Shown: piece after piece, positions 1 to 9,400 of the stretch | How the letters are laid out: every line of letters begins with the position of its first letter | Numbering within the stretch: position 1 is the first letter of the stretch | Made by a program: the position numbers and the translations under genes | The notes under the pieces: model-generated | Told to the model about the DNA's origin: nothing | The model's input: only the letters and a program-made list of their open reading frames with translations | Database searches by the model: none | From: Candidatus Eiseniibacteriota bacterium | GTDB taxonomy: Bacteria; Eisenbacteria; RBG-16-71-46; CAZEPH01 | Assembly (NCBI GenBank): GCA_044229145.1 | Contig: JBGATO010000055.1 | Coordinates: forward strand, 1-24,857 | Direction: 5' to 3' | DNA: 24,857 bases

Positions 1-161
1 CCGTGGCTCCCCCGCCGGGCGAACCCGCCGGAGACAGGGCTATTCCACCTGGGTGGCCCTGGAGTCCCTCATCCCCCATGCAATACGATGGGGTCCACGC
101 TTGCTCCCGAACCACGGGAGGGGCGCGCAATCGGCTTACCTCCCCGAGGAGATCGATCACC

Positions 162-1184
162 GTGTCTGGCTCACGCCGTGTCTTTCTGAGTGCACTGGCC
201 GCCCTGTCGGCCTTGTCCTGTGTTGCCACCGTTGGTCTCGCCGCCCCGGCGCAGGTTCACCTGTCCTGGGCGAGCACCGAGCAGCTCCACGTTGGGGAAG
301 GGTCCTACGAGGCGTGGCTGTTGATCGCTGGCGTGCCGCGGTCGCTCGGAAAGTTCAACCTCGACGCCGACCAGATCCGTATGCGCGACCTGCAAGGCAG
401 CCTGATCCCCGGCAACGTCCTCACCACGAACTACGACGTCACCCAGGCGACGGAACTCTGGATCACCACCGAACCGGAGGGTGACAATGACCCAGCTCCG
501 GCGTACAAGATGCTCGCGGGTGACGTCACCACGCTGGGGGCGAGCACCGACAGCGTGACCTTCAATTGCACACACGCCAACGGCATGGGTGTGAACTTCG
601 CGACCGCGGCCGGCACCTTCCTGCTCACCACGCCGACCACGTCGTCGAGCACCGACTACGCCTCCGGCATCTGGTACATGACGAAGTGCACGAACGGCGC
701 AGCTTCGCTCACGCTTCCGACCTTGCCGACGGGGGCACACGGATGGCAGTATCAAGGCTGGGTGCAGAACTCCAGCGACACCGACCCCGTCCCCTACTCG
801 ACCGGTGAGTTCTTCACGGCGAGTGGCGCGGACGCAAACGGTGGCGGCTGTGCTGCCGGTCCGCTGTCTCCGCCGGCGTTCCCGGGCGATGACTTCGTCC
901 AGGACAACAGCCTGTGCAGCGAGGGCGAGCCGATCCTCCCAACCTTCAACGACGGCGGTTGGTCGGTGGTCATCACCGTCGAGCCCAACCCAAACACCGG
1001 TCCGCAACCGTTCGGATTCAAGCCGCTCCAAGTCGGCAACATCAACGCCGGGCTGGCCGCGTGCACGAACCAAACGCTGGGCAACTTCAGCAACAACCTT
1101 CCGCACGGCACCGCGACGATCGTGGCCGGCACCACTCCGGTGCGCGGCGCCTCGTGGGGCAGCGTGAAGTCCCTCTACCGGTAG
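162..1184 (+). CDS. Secreted protein with two imperfect RskA-C-like ('anti-sigma factor'-annotated) repeats and a C-terminal SWG motif; paralog 1
   Basis: GAGGAG RBS at 146-151 precedes an in-frame GTG at 162. N-terminus is SRRVFL plus a hydrophobic stretch. Family motifs are LPTLP..GWQYQGW, PAFPGDDF and ITVEPNPNTGPQPF. Ends TTPVRGASWGSVKSLYR. Family assigned from recalled motifs, not a search. Confidence 0.8.
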   Translation: MSGSRRVFLSALAALSALSCVATVGLAAPAQVHLSWASTEQLHVGEGSYEAWLLIAGVPRSLGKFNLDADQIRMRDLQGSLIPGNVLTTNYDVTQATELWITTEPEGDNDPAPAYKMLAGDVTTLGASTDSVTFNCTHANGMGVNFATAAGTFLLTTPTTSSSTDYASGIWYMTKCTNGAASLTLPTLPTGAHGWQYQGWVQNSSDTDPVPYSTGEFFTASGADANGGGCAAGPLSPPAFPGDDFVQDNSLCSEGEPILPTFNDGGWSVVITVEPNPNTGPQPFGFKPLQVGNINAGLAACTNQTLGNFSNNLPHGTATIVAGTTPVRGASWGSVKSLYR

Positions 1185-1214
1185 CCGTCCCCACCGGACC
1201 ATAGAAGTCTCGCA

Positions 1215-1244
1215 GAGGAAGGGCCCGCGCCAGGGTCCTTCCTC
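1215..1244 (+). other. Intergenic hairpin (12-bp stem, no U-tract) between paralogs 1 and 2
   Basis: GAGGAAGGGCCC-gcgcca-GGGTCCTTCCTC with one G-U pair; ends about 10 nt before the RBS of the next gene. Confidence 0.6.
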
Positions 1245-1270
1245 GCGGTGTGCAAAGGAGAAACTACGAG

Positions 1271-2380
1271 ATGCGCGTGAGAACCGCCATCGCCCTGGCC
1301 GTCCTCGAAGCGAGCGTCGCGACTGCTGCGTGGGCTGCCCCGAAGACCGTCGTCCGCCCGCAGTGGCAAAACCTCAGCTATCTCCCTACCGGTGAGGGCT
1401 ACTACGAACTCTGGATCGTGAAGAACAGCGACTGGCAGTCGTTCGGGAAGTTCAACATGGACGTCGACTCCCGCACGATGCGCGACCTCGGCGGCGCGAT
1501 CATCGACTCGCTGACCGCCGACGGCGACTGGACGGGCGGCCAGAACATGGTCGTGTCGGTCGAACTCACGCCCGACGGCGACCCGGCCAACCCGAACGGC
1601 AGCCGCGTGCTTGCGGGCAATATCAGCGGGTCTATCGTCGACACGCTCAAGGTGTCCCACCCGATGGCGATCGGCGCGGTGTTCGATGGCGCGCGCTGCT
1701 ACGGCACGTTCCACGTGAACACGCCGTCGGACGACTGCAACAACTCGACCAACTGGCAGCACGGGGTGTGGTTCTACAAGGCGCAGAACCCGGCGGTCAG
1801 CTCGCTCGTCCTCCCGACGCTGCCGAGCACCTGGCAGTACGAGATGTGGGTAGGCGACGCATCCACCGTGGATCAGATTCCCTACTCCTGCGGCACGCTG
1901 AGCCAGGCGAACCCGATCGCGTCGCGCGACTGCGACGGCGTCGGGCCGTACACCGGCGTCACCGATCTCGGCGTGATGGGCACCTGCGAGACGCACACCT
2001 ACCAAAGCGCGTGCGGCTCGAGCACGACCTACAACCCGGCGTTCCCGGGCGAAGACTTCGTCGCGACCAGCATCGACCCGTCGGACCAGGGGCGCCCGGT
2101 GCTGCCGTACTTCGTGGGCGCGCCGGCCGGCCAGCAGGACCAGTGGCTGATCGTCATGAGCGTGGAACCGGTGCCGAACCCCGGCCCGAGCCCGTTCCAG
2201 GTCGAGCCGCTCCAGCTCACCGAGATTCCGCCGGCGCTCGCCAAGCAGACGCAGTCGAGCCTCAACAACTACGTCTCGACCTTGCCGCGCGGTAGTGCGA
2301 CGATTTCGCTGTCCGGGTCGACGCCGGTCCAGCCGACATCGTGGGGGGCCATCAAGGCGTCGTACGGCACCCGCCACTAG
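1271..2380 (+). CDS. Secreted protein, paralog 2 of the same family, with C-terminal SWG motif
   Basis: AAAGGAG RBS at 1254-1260 and ATG at 1271. Signal peptide ends AAWA. Shared motifs are GEGYYELW, FGKFNMD, LPTLPSTWQYEMW, PAFPGEDF and SVEPVPNPGPSPF. Ends STPVQPTSWGAIKASYGTRH. Confidence 0.85.
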   Translation: MRVRTAIALAVLEASVATAAWAAPKTVVRPQWQNLSYLPTGEGYYELWIVKNSDWQSFGKFNMDVDSRTMRDLGGAIIDSLTADGDWTGGQNMVVSVELTPDGDPANPNGSRVLAGNISGSIVDTLKVSHPMAIGAVFDGARCYGTFHVNTPSDDCNNSTNWQHGVWFYKAQNPAVSSLVLPTLPSTWQYEMWVGDASTVDQIPYSCGTLSQANPIASRDCDGVGPYTGVTDLGVMGTCETHTYQSACGSSTTYNPAFPGEDFVATSIDPSDQGRPVLPYFVGAPAGQQDQWLIVMSVEPVPNPGPSPFQVEPLQLTEIPPALAKQTQSSLNNYVSTLPRGSATISLSGSTPVQPTSWGAIKASYGTRH

Positions 2381-2398
2381 GCGACATCGCACGATCAT

Positions 2399-2440
2399 CC
2401 GCGCCCCGGAGGCCCGCCGCCTCCGGGGCGCGGTGTTTTC
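2399..2440 (+). terminator. Rho-independent terminator
   Basis: Perfect 15-bp stem CCGCGCCCCGGAGGC/GCCTCCGGGGCGCGG with a 5-nt loop, followed by TGTTTT, 18 nt after the stop at 2380. Confidence 0.8.
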
Positions 2441-2504
2441 CGGCGGGGCGAATTCCGGCGGCGGCTCGTCTACGGGAATGCTCGAGGTTGCCGCCAGCGC
2501 GGAT

Positions 2505-2537
2505 TGGTCTCATACTTGTCACACGTTCGTCACACCC
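2505..2537 (+). promoter_or_regulatory. Three tandem 11-bp direct repeats; candidate OmpR/PhoB-type regulator site
   Basis: TGGTCTCATAC / TTGTCACACGT / TCGTCACACCC, with GTCACAC exact at 2518 and 2529; about 95 nt upstream of the ATG at 2631. Confidence 0.4.
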
Positions 2538-2630
2538 CCTGGCTGTACGTGACCGACGTCGCCCGGCTCCGCGTCCCCCGCGGGATCGTGGACCACCAGC
2601 ATCGCGCCCCGAGCCGCGAGGCTTCAGACA

Positions 2631-3611
2631 ATGCGAACACGAGCCGTCCGATCCGGCTTGCTGGCGCTCGCCGTCAGCTGCGTCCTGTCGTGCCCTGCGA
2701 TTGCCTCGACTACGTTCACGGTCACCAACATCGCGCATCTCGTGCAGATCGAATCCGGCGAAGGCAACTACGCACTGTGGGCGTACACGCACGGCGCGTA
2801 CACGTTCGTCGGCTCGTTCAACATGGACACCGACTCGCAGCACATGCGCGATCCGCTCACCGGCGAACGCTTCACGTCGTTTACCACGCCGCTGGATCTC
2901 TCCACCGCGTCGCTCCTCCTGCTCACCGTCGAAGCTGCCTCCAGCGACTTTTCCGCCCCGTCCACGCATCGCATCATGGGCGGCGACGTGATCTCGGCGA
3001 AAGCGGTCATGGACCCCGGACACTCGGTGGCACTCAACTTGGATTTCGGTGACGTGGGCGGCAGCTTCATCCTCGACACACCGAGCACCGCGAGCACGTC
3101 GGACTTCGCCTCGGGCGTGTGGTTCCTCCAGCCGGGCGCCACCGACGGTGCCGCGCTCTCACTGCCCGCGCTGCCCGAAGGCTGGATCTACGAGTCCTGG
3201 GTCACCGACGCCGCGGCCACCGACGCTATCCCGATGTCGATGGGCGAGTTCGCTGACCCCAATGGCCCCGACGAAAATGGCGCCGGTGGCGGAGCGGGCG
3301 CCGCACCGTGCCCCGGCTTCCCCGGTCAGGACTTCATCTACCCATTCCTCGACCAGCCGGTGATGCCCAACCTCGCGAAGGGCGCATGGACGCTCGTGGT
3401 GAGCATCGAGCCGCACCCCAACACCGGGCCGAGTCCGTTCCACTCACTCGAGCCCTTGGTGTGCTTCGGCATCGGGCCGCTGGCGCGGCGGCAATCGCAA
3501 GCGCTCGTCAACAATGCCGCGGAATTCCCGTCGATGAACGTATCGATCAGCACCTCGACGCCGGCGCACCCGACATCGTGGGGCGCGATCAAGGCAGGGT
3601 TCGCACGCTAA
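2631..3611 (+). CDS. Secreted protein, paralog 3 of the same family, with C-terminal SWG motif
   Basis: Signal peptide ending AIA. Motifs are GEGNYALW, GSFNMD, LPALPEGWIYESW, PGFPGQDF and SIEPHPNTGPSPF. Ends STPAHPTSWGAIKAGFAR. Confidence 0.85.
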   Translation: MRTRAVRSGLLALAVSCVLSCPAIASTTFTVTNIAHLVQIESGEGNYALWAYTHGAYTFVGSFNMDTDSQHMRDPLTGERFTSFTTPLDLSTASLLLLTVEAASSDFSAPSTHRIMGGDVISAKAVMDPGHSVALNLDFGDVGGSFILDTPSTASTSDFASGVWFLQPGATDGAALSLPALPEGWIYESWVTDAAATDAIPMSMGEFADPNGPDENGAGGGAGAAPCPGFPGQDFIYPFLDQPVMPNLAKGAWTLVVSIEPHPNTGPSPFHSLEPLVCFGIGPLARRQSQALVNNAAEFPSMNVSISTSTPAHPTSWGAIKAGFAR

Positions 3612-3618
3612 CTGCCGC

Positions 3619-4797
3619 TTAGCGGAGACGCACCACGCGAACGCGGTTGCCACCGAGTTCGGCGATGTAGAGCAGGCCGCGCTGCGTATCGAGGGCGATA
3701 CCGTTGGGTTGATCGAGGCGGGCCTGCGTCGCGGGCCCGCCATCGCCACTCGTGCCGCGCACACCGGAGCCGGCCACGGTGCGAATCATGCCATCCGGCG
3801 CGATCGCGCGAACGCAGTGGTTGCGCATGTCGCAGACGTAGAGGGTGCCGTCGCGATCGAGGTCGACGTCGGTGGGCGCGTTGAGGCGCGCGGCCAGTGC
3901 GGGTCCGCCGTCGCCCGCGAATGCGCCGTTCGCCTCGCCGATCGGACCGCTCCCGGCAATCGTGCGCACCGGATGCGATGGCTGCGTGAGATCGAGTGTG
4001 CGGACGCGGTGGTGGAAGGTATCCGCAACGTAGAGCGTGCCGTGGTCGCGTGAGATGGCGAGACGGAGTGCGGGGAAGGCGGTGATGTCGGCGCGCGGCG
4101 CGTCGAAGCCGGTCTCGAGCGCCGGGGCGCCCTCCGCCGCAAGCGTGGTGTCGCCGCTGCCGGCGATGGTGACCACCGTGCGCAGCGCGAGATCCGCCGC
4201 GTCGGGACGCACCGCGCGGATGCGCACGTTGGCCTCGTCGCTGATATAGAGCGTGGAATCCCCGCCCCACACCGCGCTGCTCGGATACGCGAACTGCGCG
4301 TCGCGCGCCGGGCCGCCGTCCCCGCCGAAACCGCGCCCATCGGTGACGCCCCACAGCATGGAAATGGCGCCATCCGCCTCGATGCGCCGAATCTGGTGGT
4401 TGTGCCACGCGAGGAGCAACCGGCCGCCGTGCGCGTCGAACACCAGCGCCGACGGATGGTTGAGCAGATTGGGATCGCTGAGAGGCAGGCCGAGCGGCAC
4501 ACCCGCGACGTCGCGCAACGTATCCACGCCGGCAGGCGCGAGCCGGATGCGGCCGTTGTTGTAGTCGACGATCCACACGTCGCCGCGCGCCTCGTCGACG
4601 GTGACGTCACACGGCGCGTTGAGCCACACGTTGTCGAGCGGCCGCCCGCCGCCGTTGTAGCCGCCGATCCCGGCGCCCGCGAACGTGCGGATCTCGCCCA
4701 CCGCGAAGGGCGGCGGTGCGACGGGAGCGCTCGTGCAACCGGCAAGCACCAGCAGCGCGCCACACGTGAGAGCGACACGACGGATCGGCGAGGACAT
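3619..4797 (-). CDS. NHL-repeat (teneurin-like) beta-propeller lipoprotein
   Basis: Lipobox LAGC after MSSPIRRVALTCGALLV (alternative ATG at 4806). Repeated GDGGPA..A.L..P..[VI]..D..G.LY[IV].D..N..[IV]R units. Confidence 0.85.
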   Translation of the reverse strand: MSSPIRRVALTCGALLVLAGCTSAPVAPPPFAVGEIRTFAGAGIGGYNGGGRPLDNVWLNAPCDVTVDEARGDVWIVDYNNGRIRLAPAGVDTLRDVAGVPLGLPLSDPNLLNHPSALVFDAHGGRLLLAWHNHQIRRIEADGAISMLWGVTDGRGFGGDGGPARDAQFAYPSSAVWGGDSTLYISDEANVRIRAVRPDAADLALRTVVTIAGSGDTTLAAEGAPALETGFDAPRADITAFPALRLAISRDHGTLYVADTFHHRVRTLDLTQPSHPVRTIAGSGPIGEANGAFAGDGGPALAARLNAPTDVDLDRDGTLYVCDMRNHCVRAIAPDGMIRTVAGSGVRGTSGDGGPATQARLDQPNGIALDTQRGLLYIAELGGNRVRVVRLR

Positions 4798-4889
4798 GCG
4801 CGCCATCTTAGCGGTCACCCGTCGTGCCGCAAATGCGAAAGCCCGCGCCGTCGCCGGCGCGGGCCTCGCACTGCCGTGTCGCGACGCGA

Positions 4890-6176
4890 CTACAACTTCA
4901 TGACCCGAATGCGGAAGTTGTACACGTCGGCGATGTACATCAGGTTGTTGATCCGGTCGATGCCGATGCCGTTCGGACGCGCCATCTTGCACTGGGTCGC
5001 CGGACCGCCATCGCCCGCGTAGCCTTCGACGCCGGTGCCGCACACCGTGGTGATGATGCCGGTCGTCGCGTCCACCTTGCGGATACGATTGTTCTCACTG
5101 TCGACGATGTACAGGTTTCCCTCAGCGTCGAAGTCGACGTCGGTCGGCTGGTTCAACTTCGAGTTGAACGCCGGACCGCCGTCACCCGCGAAACCGCCGT
5201 TCACGCCGGTGATCGCCGGCGGCGTGGTGACCGGACTGCTGGCACCCGCCACCGTGTAGACCAGGTGCTGCGGGTCCTGCAGATCGATCTTGCGCACGCG
5301 GTTGTTCCAGGTGTCGCAGTAGTAGAGCCACTTGCCGTCCGGGCTCACGCGCAGACGCGAGCCGGGGTACGAGCCGGTGCCCTTCGGGTTGAAGAAGATC
5401 GCCTGCTTGGCCGGCACGGGGTCGTCGCCGTTGAAACCCGGGTTGCCGGTGCCCGCGAAGGTGTAGATCCAGCGGTCCTGCGGCGTCAGGTGCTGACGCT
5501 GCCCGTTGCCATCGAGGACCGGCGCGCTGCCATCGGCGTTCCACAGGTCGGCCGGGACCCAGCGGATGCGGAAGTTGCCCTGGTCCGAGACGTACATCGT
5601 GGAGTCCTTGCCCCAGTCGATCGAGGTCGGCAACTCCATGCGTCCCTGGCGAGCGCGCACGTTGTCGCTCAGTCCTTCGCCGGCGGAGTAGAGGATCGAC
5701 AAAGTGCCCGGGCCAGTCTTGTAGCGCAGCTGGTGGTTGTGCCAGCAGGTGATGACGAGGGTGCCGTCCTGCATCACGCCGATGTTGGTCGGGTGGTTGA
5801 TCGTGTTGACCGTCTGGTCCTCGAGCTTCTCACCGCCGGCCACCGTGTTGAGGAGCCCGGTGGCGTTGTCGACGAGACGAATGCGGTGGTTGTTCCAGTC
5901 GATGACGTAGACGTCCGAACTGCCTTCCGGCACGTAGGCGTCGATCGGCCAGTAGAGACGCGCCTTGGTTCGCACCAAGTCGCCGTTGAAGCCGCCCTTG
6001 CCGTCGCCGGCATAGGTCATGATCTCGCCCTTGGACAGCACGGCCTGCGGCAGCGGCGGGGCGGGTTCTGCGTGAATGGGAAAGTTCACCAACCCGCGTT
6101 CACATCCAGCGAACACGAACGCGGTCACGGCAATCAACGACAGCGAACTGACAGCGATCTTTAAGTGCGATTTCAT
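4890..6176 (-). CDS. NHL-repeat (teneurin-like) beta-propeller lipoprotein, paralog of the downstream gene
   Basis: GGAG RBS upstream of ATG 6176; lipobox FAGC. NHL repeats such as GDGGPA..KLNQPTDVDFDAEGNLYIVDSENNRIRK. Shares the NHP and WHNHQ motifs with 3619-4797. Confidence 0.85.
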   Translation of the reverse strand: MKSHLKIAVSSLSLIAVTAFVFAGCERGLVNFPIHAEPAPPLPQAVLSKGEIMTYAGDGKGGFNGDLVRTKARLYWPIDAYVPEGSSDVYVIDWNNHRIRLVDNATGLLNTVAGGEKLEDQTVNTINHPTNIGVMQDGTLVITCWHNHQLRYKTGPGTLSILYSAGEGLSDNVRARQGRMELPTSIDWGKDSTMYVSDQGNFRIRWVPADLWNADGSAPVLDGNGQRQHLTPQDRWIYTFAGTGNPGFNGDDPVPAKQAIFFNPKGTGSYPGSRLRVSPDGKWLYYCDTWNNRVRKIDLQDPQHLVYTVAGASSPVTTPPAITGVNGGFAGDGGPAFNSKLNQPTDVDFDAEGNLYIVDSENNRIRKVDATTGIITTVCGTGVEGYAGDGGPATQCKMARPNGIGIDRINNLMYIADVYNFRIRVMKL

Positions 6177-6434
6177 CGCGAGCTCCACATGGCCCCAGGG
6201 TCGACAACTCCAGGAGGCCGGTCCGGGGCATTCGCCCGGTCCGGGGTACAACAGTGCGATCGGGAGTACTCGATCGCACTCTCGTGCATGCACGGCAGTA
6301 CGGAACCGCGGGGCGCGGCTCCATTACGGCACCGAGCATGATATCGAGGCGAGGGCGACAGCGTCAATCGACGGTGTCGGCACGGACGGCGTGGGTGGCG
6401 AGCACATCTTTTCGCCCCTGCACGGACGTGCCAA

Positions 6435-9400
6435 TCAACGTACGATGAGCGTCCGCGCGGTTCGGGTGGTGCCGGCGGCGTCGAGACGCAGCCAGTACAG
6501 CCCGGCAGGGAGACCGGCCGTGGTCCAGGTGAGGGTATGCACGCCGGCGGCCCGCGGTCCCTGGAGCAGCCGGGCGAGCCGGCGTCCCGTGGCGTCGAAG
6601 GCATCCAGCGTGACCGTCGCCGCGACCGGCAGGGTGAAGCGGACGGTGTGAGGGGTGGTGCCGCGTTCCCACGCCGCGGTCTCGAGGGCCCAGTCGAGCC
6701 CGGGAACCGAGGCGAGGAAGCTGGCGAGCACTGCTCCGTCGTCACCGAGAGCGGTGAGGACGTACGTGTACACGGTTCCGGGCGCGGCCGTGGCGTCGTC
6801 GAAATGGCCTGCGCCCTGCGCATCGGTGGTGGCGGTCCCGAGCGCGGCGAAGCCCGATGGCCAACCCGCGACGCCCTCGCCGTCGGCGCGCCAGACCCGG
6901 ACGGCGGCGTGGGGCGCACCGGTCCACGCGAGCGTCACCGGCCCGCCGCGCGGCGCGGCAGTGAGCGCCATCGACCACAAGGGCGATGGCGTGGGATCTT
7001 CGAGGATCGGCGGCTGGTAGGCGACCAGCCCGAGCGCCGGATCGTCGTTGGCGTCCCGGATGAAGGCGTCGATCGAATCGGCGCGCGCGGTGCCCCAGAA
7101 GTTCGACATCACCCAGGTGGTGTCGCCGGTGGCGGCGCTGTCGACGATGGCGAAGCGGGTGACGCCATCGAACCCCTTGAAGGCGTTCTGGCCGGCGCTG
7201 CCGCGCGGACCACCGCCCAAGTCCGGCCGCGTGCCGGCATTGCGCACCACGACGCCGTTGGCGCTGACGCCGTCGGCCACCGTGGTTTGCAGCAGCGTGC
7301 GTTCGACGTGCGGCTGCGCGCCTTCCATCAGGACCAGCAGATTGCTCGCGCTGACGTTCGACGCGATCGCGCAGCCGACGATGGTAGGTTGCGCGCCGGC
7401 CATGCAGCTGATGCCGGTCTTCGCGTTGGTGACGCTGATGCCTTGCAGCGTCGGCGCGCCACCGCGAATGACGACGCCGGTGCCGCCCTTGGTGGTGCGC
7501 CAGCCGTTGAGGCGGCCGGTATTCGCGTAGAGCGCGACCCCGACGCGGCTCGAACCGCTGGTGTTGATCGCGATGCCATTGCCGGTGCCGCGCGGGCACT
7601 CGCCCACCAGCACCAAGCTGGTGTCGACGACGGTGGCGATGCTGTCGTTCATGAACGTCGGTGACGCGTTGATGCACCGCACACCGCGGGCGCCGCGCAG
7701 TGTCGCGTACTGCACCACCGACGCGTCGTCGCTGTCGTCGTCGAAGATCAGGCGGCCCCAATCGCCATCAGCGGGCGAGGCGCTCGTCGAGGTGAACGTG
7801 ACGCCGCTGACGCTCGAGCCGAGGACGGCGAGCGTGCCATCGACGATGATGTCCACCGCGGCCAAGGTGCCACGCGATTCGTCGCGCACGCTGCCCTTGG
7901 TGCGCGACTTGATCGTGGTGCCCGGCTGCACGGTGAGCGTGACGCCGTGCGGAACCACCATGTCGCCGTTGAGCAGCACGGTGCCGCTCCACGTGGTGTC
8001 CTGCGTCACCGCGCCGTAGCGCGAGCTGGCGTAGAACGTCGTGCCGGTGGAATCGCTCCACGGCGCGTAGTCGACCTGGTAGTTGGTCGCCAGGTAGCTC
8101 AGGCCGGCGACGATCTGGTCCTCGTTGGTGGTGCCCCACCAGTTGTACTGCGCGGTGAGTTGCGCGCCGATCGACGAGGTGGTCTTGGCCTGCGCGAAGC
8201 CATTGCCGTAGACCTTGTTCGGATGCCCGGGCAACCCGAAGGTGACGACGCCCGCCGGGTTGAGCGCTTCGACGCCGAACACCTCGTTGCCGGTGACGAC
8301 GCAATCGCTGACGGTGGCATTGAGGCCATTGAGCACAATGCCGTTGTTGAGATTGTCCTGAATCAGGCAGCCGCTCATGAGCAGCGTCACGCCGGCACTG
8401 TTTGCGTTGACGCCGTAGAGCGCATTGCCGTGGAAGCTCGAGCCGGTGACGACGCAGGAGACCAAGCCGGCGGCGTTGTCACCCACCGTGAGTTCGAGCC
8501 CCTGATAGCAGTCGTGCGCCTCGCACGCGCTCACCGTGGGATCGCCGTCGTTCTCGATCTTGAAGCCATCGTTGCTGCAGTAGCGCGCCAGGCAGTTGAG
8601 GAATGCCGGCGAGCCGTGACTGAGGAAACCGTTGATCGCGTACTCCGACAAGATACCGGAGACGATGGCGGTCGCGTGGGTGTCGATGAACACGCCGCCC
8701 CAATCGCCGGGCGCCGGCGTGACAGCGTTCGAGGTGACGACGATGCTATCGCCCGGCGCGCTGCCGCCGGTGGCGATCAACGTGCCCTGCACCAAGAGAT
8801 CGCAGCGGCCGTCCTGGATGTGCAGCGAGTCCCAGTTGCTCTTGGCCGCCGAGAACTCGATGCGCGTACCGGGATCGAGCGTGAGCGTCACGCCGGGCAT
8901 CACCAGCACATCGCCGAGTAACACGTGCGTGCCGCTCCAGTGCGTGTTGGTGGTGAGCAGGCCCCACTGCGTCGTCTGGTAGACCTGCGTGTGTGTCGAG
9001 TCGGTCCACGGCGACATGTCGACGCCCCCGCGGAAGGTCGCCAGGATGCTGTCGAAGTCCGTGGTGCCCCAGTCGTTGTAGCGCGCCTGGACCGACTGGG
9101 CGCATTCGACGCTGTCGCGCACATTGATGGCATTGCGCCGGAACGTGCATGCGGTGGCGAGGCTGCCGCCGATCGACGGAAACGCGTACTGGCCCTTCGA
9201 TGCGCAGGCATCGTCGACGCCGGGCACGACCTCGATCGCCGCGTTGAACATGTCGCTGAACGAACAACTCCGCACCACGCCACCGGCGAACGCCGAGACG
9301 CCGATCTTGCCCTCGCGGAACGTGCAGGAATCCACGGTGGCGCTCGTCGAGCCGCTCAAGAACAGGTTCACGCCGGTATTCCGCACGAAGGAATCCTGCG

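Noticed and set aside
2517..2545. ECF41-type promoter (TGTCACA-N16-CGTC)
   Set aside because: TGTCACA is present, but there is no CGTC at the required spacing.
162..3611. True anti-sigma factor / ECF signalling module
   Set aside because: There is no cytoplasmic anti-sigma domain, no internal transmembrane helix and no sigma factor gene in the window. The proteins look fully exported.
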